Source: an uncultured Gammaproteobacteria bacterium (GTDB lineage Bacteria > Pseudomonadota > Gammaproteobacteria > DRLM01). From it: DNA of 64,000 nt. The translations under genes and the position numbers were made by a program. The notes under the pieces were generated by a model. That model saw nothing but the letters and a program-made list of their open reading frames with translations. It made no database searches and had not been told where the DNA came from. The DNA is taken from positions 1 through 64,000 of the forward strand of contig CAVSNY010000005.1 in the NCBI GenBank assembly GCA_963729605.1, read 5' to 3'. Below, piece after piece: positions 61,736 through 64,000 of the stretch (position 1 is the stretch's first letter; each line of letters starts with the position of its first letter).

Positions 61736-63118
61736 TTAAGCCAAAATAGAAAACTTCGTTGCCAATCGAATTGGTGTAAAAATTTTCTGGGTTGTCGTTA
61801 CTTCAAAAACAAAAGCATTCAAGATACGGTCTTGAATAATAGGCCCATCGCTTTCTGGAATTGATGAAACGCTAGGGGTCAATGAATAGTGGCCTGGATG
61901 TAACATGGGAACTGTGATCTCAATCGAAACTCGAAGCGAGTCACCTTGTGCTGGCGCAAGCATTTTTACCGAGTCAAACCATGTACTCGTACTTGCGATC
62001 TCAATTCCTTTATTATCACGCACAATATAACCACAACCAATATTTTGTCCGGGCGGGAAATTTTTATTTTTTATCTCTAACAGTAGACAAATCACCTCAT
62101 TCCAGTCGACTGTGCTAGTTGGCAGACCATTCACGTTAGATAAGCTCATGCCGGTCATTTCCAACTTTTGCTCCCCACAACGACCATCACCTATTGGTAG
62201 ACTTAATTTTGTTGCTGGATTTTTTCCTTCCGGAATAACCACAGCATGATTAGAACTATCTGAGTTGCTATATTTTTCGTTAAGACCAAACAAATATTGA
62301 AGGTATGCATCTGTTACAGCCGTAGCATTACCAACTAAAGTTAAGTTTCCATCTTTCAGCCACAATACCCTACTGCATAAACGCTTAACGGAGCTGGCGT
62401 CGTGGCTGACGAATATGATTGTTGTACCTTTTCTCTGAAGATCGTGAAAACGTGCCATGCAACGATGCACAAAATAGGCATCTCCTACGGCCAAGGCCTC
62501 ATCGACGATCAGAATATCAGGGTCAATATTGGCTTGAATAGCGAAGGCTAGCCGGACATACATGCCACTCGAATAGGTTTTCACCGGCCGGTTGATGAAG
62601 TCGCCAATATCTGCAAAGGCGGCAATGTCATTGAAGCGCGCATCCACTTCTTCCCGACTCAAGCCGAGCACGGCGGCATTCATGTAAACATTCTCTCGCC
62701 CGGTAAATTCCGGATTGAAGCCAGAGCCCAACTCCAACAGGGCGGCAATACGGCCACGGGTTTCCACAAAGCCCCTGGTAGGTGCCAGCGTCCCGGTGAT
62801 GATCTGCAGCAGGGTGCTCTTCCCGCTGCCGTTACGGCCGATGATGCCAACGGTTTCGCCTTTCTTGACCTCGAAGGAGACATTTTTCAGCGCCCAGAAT
62901 TCGCGGAAATACTGTTTGGGCGGCAAGCCGACAATGCGCTCCAGGCGCGGCAGTACAAACTGCTTGAGCCGATCCCGGGGTTGGTCGTAGATCTGATAGC
63001 ACTTACTCAAGTTTTCTACACGAATTGCAATGCCGTCCGTACCCGTTGCGGGCATATCTCCCTCACCCCGACCCTCTCCCGCCAGGGGAGAGGGTGAAAG
63101 ATTCATCTCAGAGGACAT
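61736..63118 (-). CDS. wzt: Polysaccharide ABC exporter ATPase with C-terminal domain
   Basis: GRNGSGKST, YSSGM, DEALAVGD, extended C-terminus; ATG overlaps the end of wzm. Confidence 0.93.
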   Translation of the reverse strand: MSSEMNLSPSPLAGEGRGEGDMPATGTDGIAIRVENLSKCYQIYDQPRDRLKQFVLPRLERIVGLPPKQYFREFWALKNVSFEVKKGETVGIIGRNGSGKSTLLQIITGTLAPTRGFVETRGRIAALLELGSGFNPEFTGRENVYMNAAVLGLSREEVDARFNDIAAFADIGDFINRPVKTYSSGMYVRLAFAIQANIDPDILIVDEALAVGDAYFVHRCMARFHDLQRKGTTIIFVSHDASSVKRLCSRVLWLKDGNLTLVGNATAVTDAYLQYLFGLNEKYSNSDSSNHAVVIPEGKNPATKLSLPIGDGRCGEQKLEMTGMSLSNVNGLPTSTVDWNEVICLLLEIKNKNFPPGQNIGCGYIVRDNKGIEIASTSTWFDSVKMLAPAQGDSLRVSIEITVPMLHPGHYSLTPSVSSIPESDGPIIQDRILNAFVFEVTTTQKIFTPIRLATKFSILA

Positions 63119-63950
63119 CAGCGAACCCCTTCCTTGTCTTCTGAAACCACGCAAAACCGAGCGAGGCAATACCCAGAGTCGCTATCCAGTAGATAGCCAG
63201 CATAAAAAAGTCCGGCGCCTTTCCCCAGAACAGAACATCGCGCATCTGCTCGACCACCGGCGTCAGCGGGTTGAGATAGAGCAAATAGCGGTAGTTCTCA
63301 GGAAACGCGGTGACCGGGTAGAAAATAGGGCTCAGGAACATCAACGCGGTTGTCAGTACCCCGATGAACTGCGAGACGTCACGCAGAAATACCCCCAGTG
63401 AAGCCAAGGCCCAACTCAAGCCCATGAGGAACAGACAGAACGGCAACAGCACCAGCGGCACATAGAACACGGTGGGGTGAGGAATTCCAAACAGCAATGC
63501 GTAGGCAGCCAGCCAAACCAGCAGGCTGATCGATGCGTGAAACAGCGCCGACATCAAACCAACGAAAGGAAGAATCTCCAGCGGAAAGACGACTTTTTTC
63601 ACGTAGTTGGTGTTTGAGAGGATCAAACCCGGCGCCCGGCTGATACATTCAGCAAAGAGGTTGAAGACGATCAAGCCGGCGAACAACACGAGTGCAAACT
63701 CGGTTTTCGATCCGCTGCCCCCGCCCCAGCGCGCCTGAAAGATGACGCTGAAGACGAAGGTGAAGACCACGAGCATAAAGAGCGGGTTGAAAAACGACCA
63801 CAGCAGCCCCAGGGCCGAACCACGATAGCGCCCGAGCACTTCGCGCTTTGCCGAGGCATGAATGAGGCCCCGATTGCGCCAGAGGCTGGCGAACATCTCG
63901 ATCGGCGACGTCGGCTGCGGCGCATGGGGGTTGATGGCTTGTTGATGCAT
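63108..63950 (-). CDS. wzm: Polysaccharide ABC exporter permease
   Basis: RYRGSALGLLW, YVKKVVFP, SPIFYP, LNPL, GFADVL. Confidence 0.94.
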   Translation of the reverse strand: MHQQAINPHAPQPTSPIEMFASLWRNRGLIHASAKREVLGRYRGSALGLLWSFFNPLFMLVVFTFVFSVIFQARWGGGSGSKTEFALVLFAGLIVFNLFAECISRAPGLILSNTNYVKKVVFPLEILPFVGLMSALFHASISLLVWLAAYALLFGIPHPTVFYVPLVLLPFCLFLMGLSWALASLGVFLRDVSQFIGVLTTALMFLSPIFYPVTAFPENYRYLLYLNPLTPVVEQMRDVLFWGKAPDFFMLAIYWIATLGIASLGFAWFQKTRKGFADVL

Positions 63951-64000
63951 GGCTATCTTGGCTCTATTTCTCAACCTTCATCATCGCGGCGACAAACGCA

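Overview
A GC-rich, Gammaproteobacteria-like chromosomal segment. The first ~946 bp look like a long-read chimera: a frameshifted EF-G-like fragment is joined to a truncated uvrB across back-to-back Nanopore-adapter-like ends. The rest is a housekeeping backbone: uvrB, a class I aminotransferase, tRNA-Asn, smr, mfd, csiV, MTA/MTI phosphorylase, hpt, nagZ, a peptide ABC/L,D-transpeptidase operon, rlmD, cysM and galU. Accessory blocks interrupt it: an orphan FimT, glutathione-dependent formaldehyde detoxification, an ArsR-linked MFP-RND-DUF2892-TolC-Sqr-DUF2892 operon, and a peroxidase/beta-barrel/GlyGly-CTERM trio. The window ends in a ~22 kb ABC-type (Wzm/Wzt) surface polysaccharide locus. The best candidates for something new are (1) the Sqr plus tripartite efflux operon, a possible sulfane-sulfur export system; (2) a methyltransferase-coiled coil-GT-GT protein whose putative ruler is encoded by a 21-bp (one heptad) tandem repeat; and (3) a GtrA/B/C-like module with a flavin oxidoreductase, an SDR and a methyltransferase. 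Several MITE/REP families are also present, including two copies read in frame inside genes, plus an unexplained 179-bp tandem duplication. All calls come from motif recognition by eye; no database searches were run and GC statements are visual impressions.
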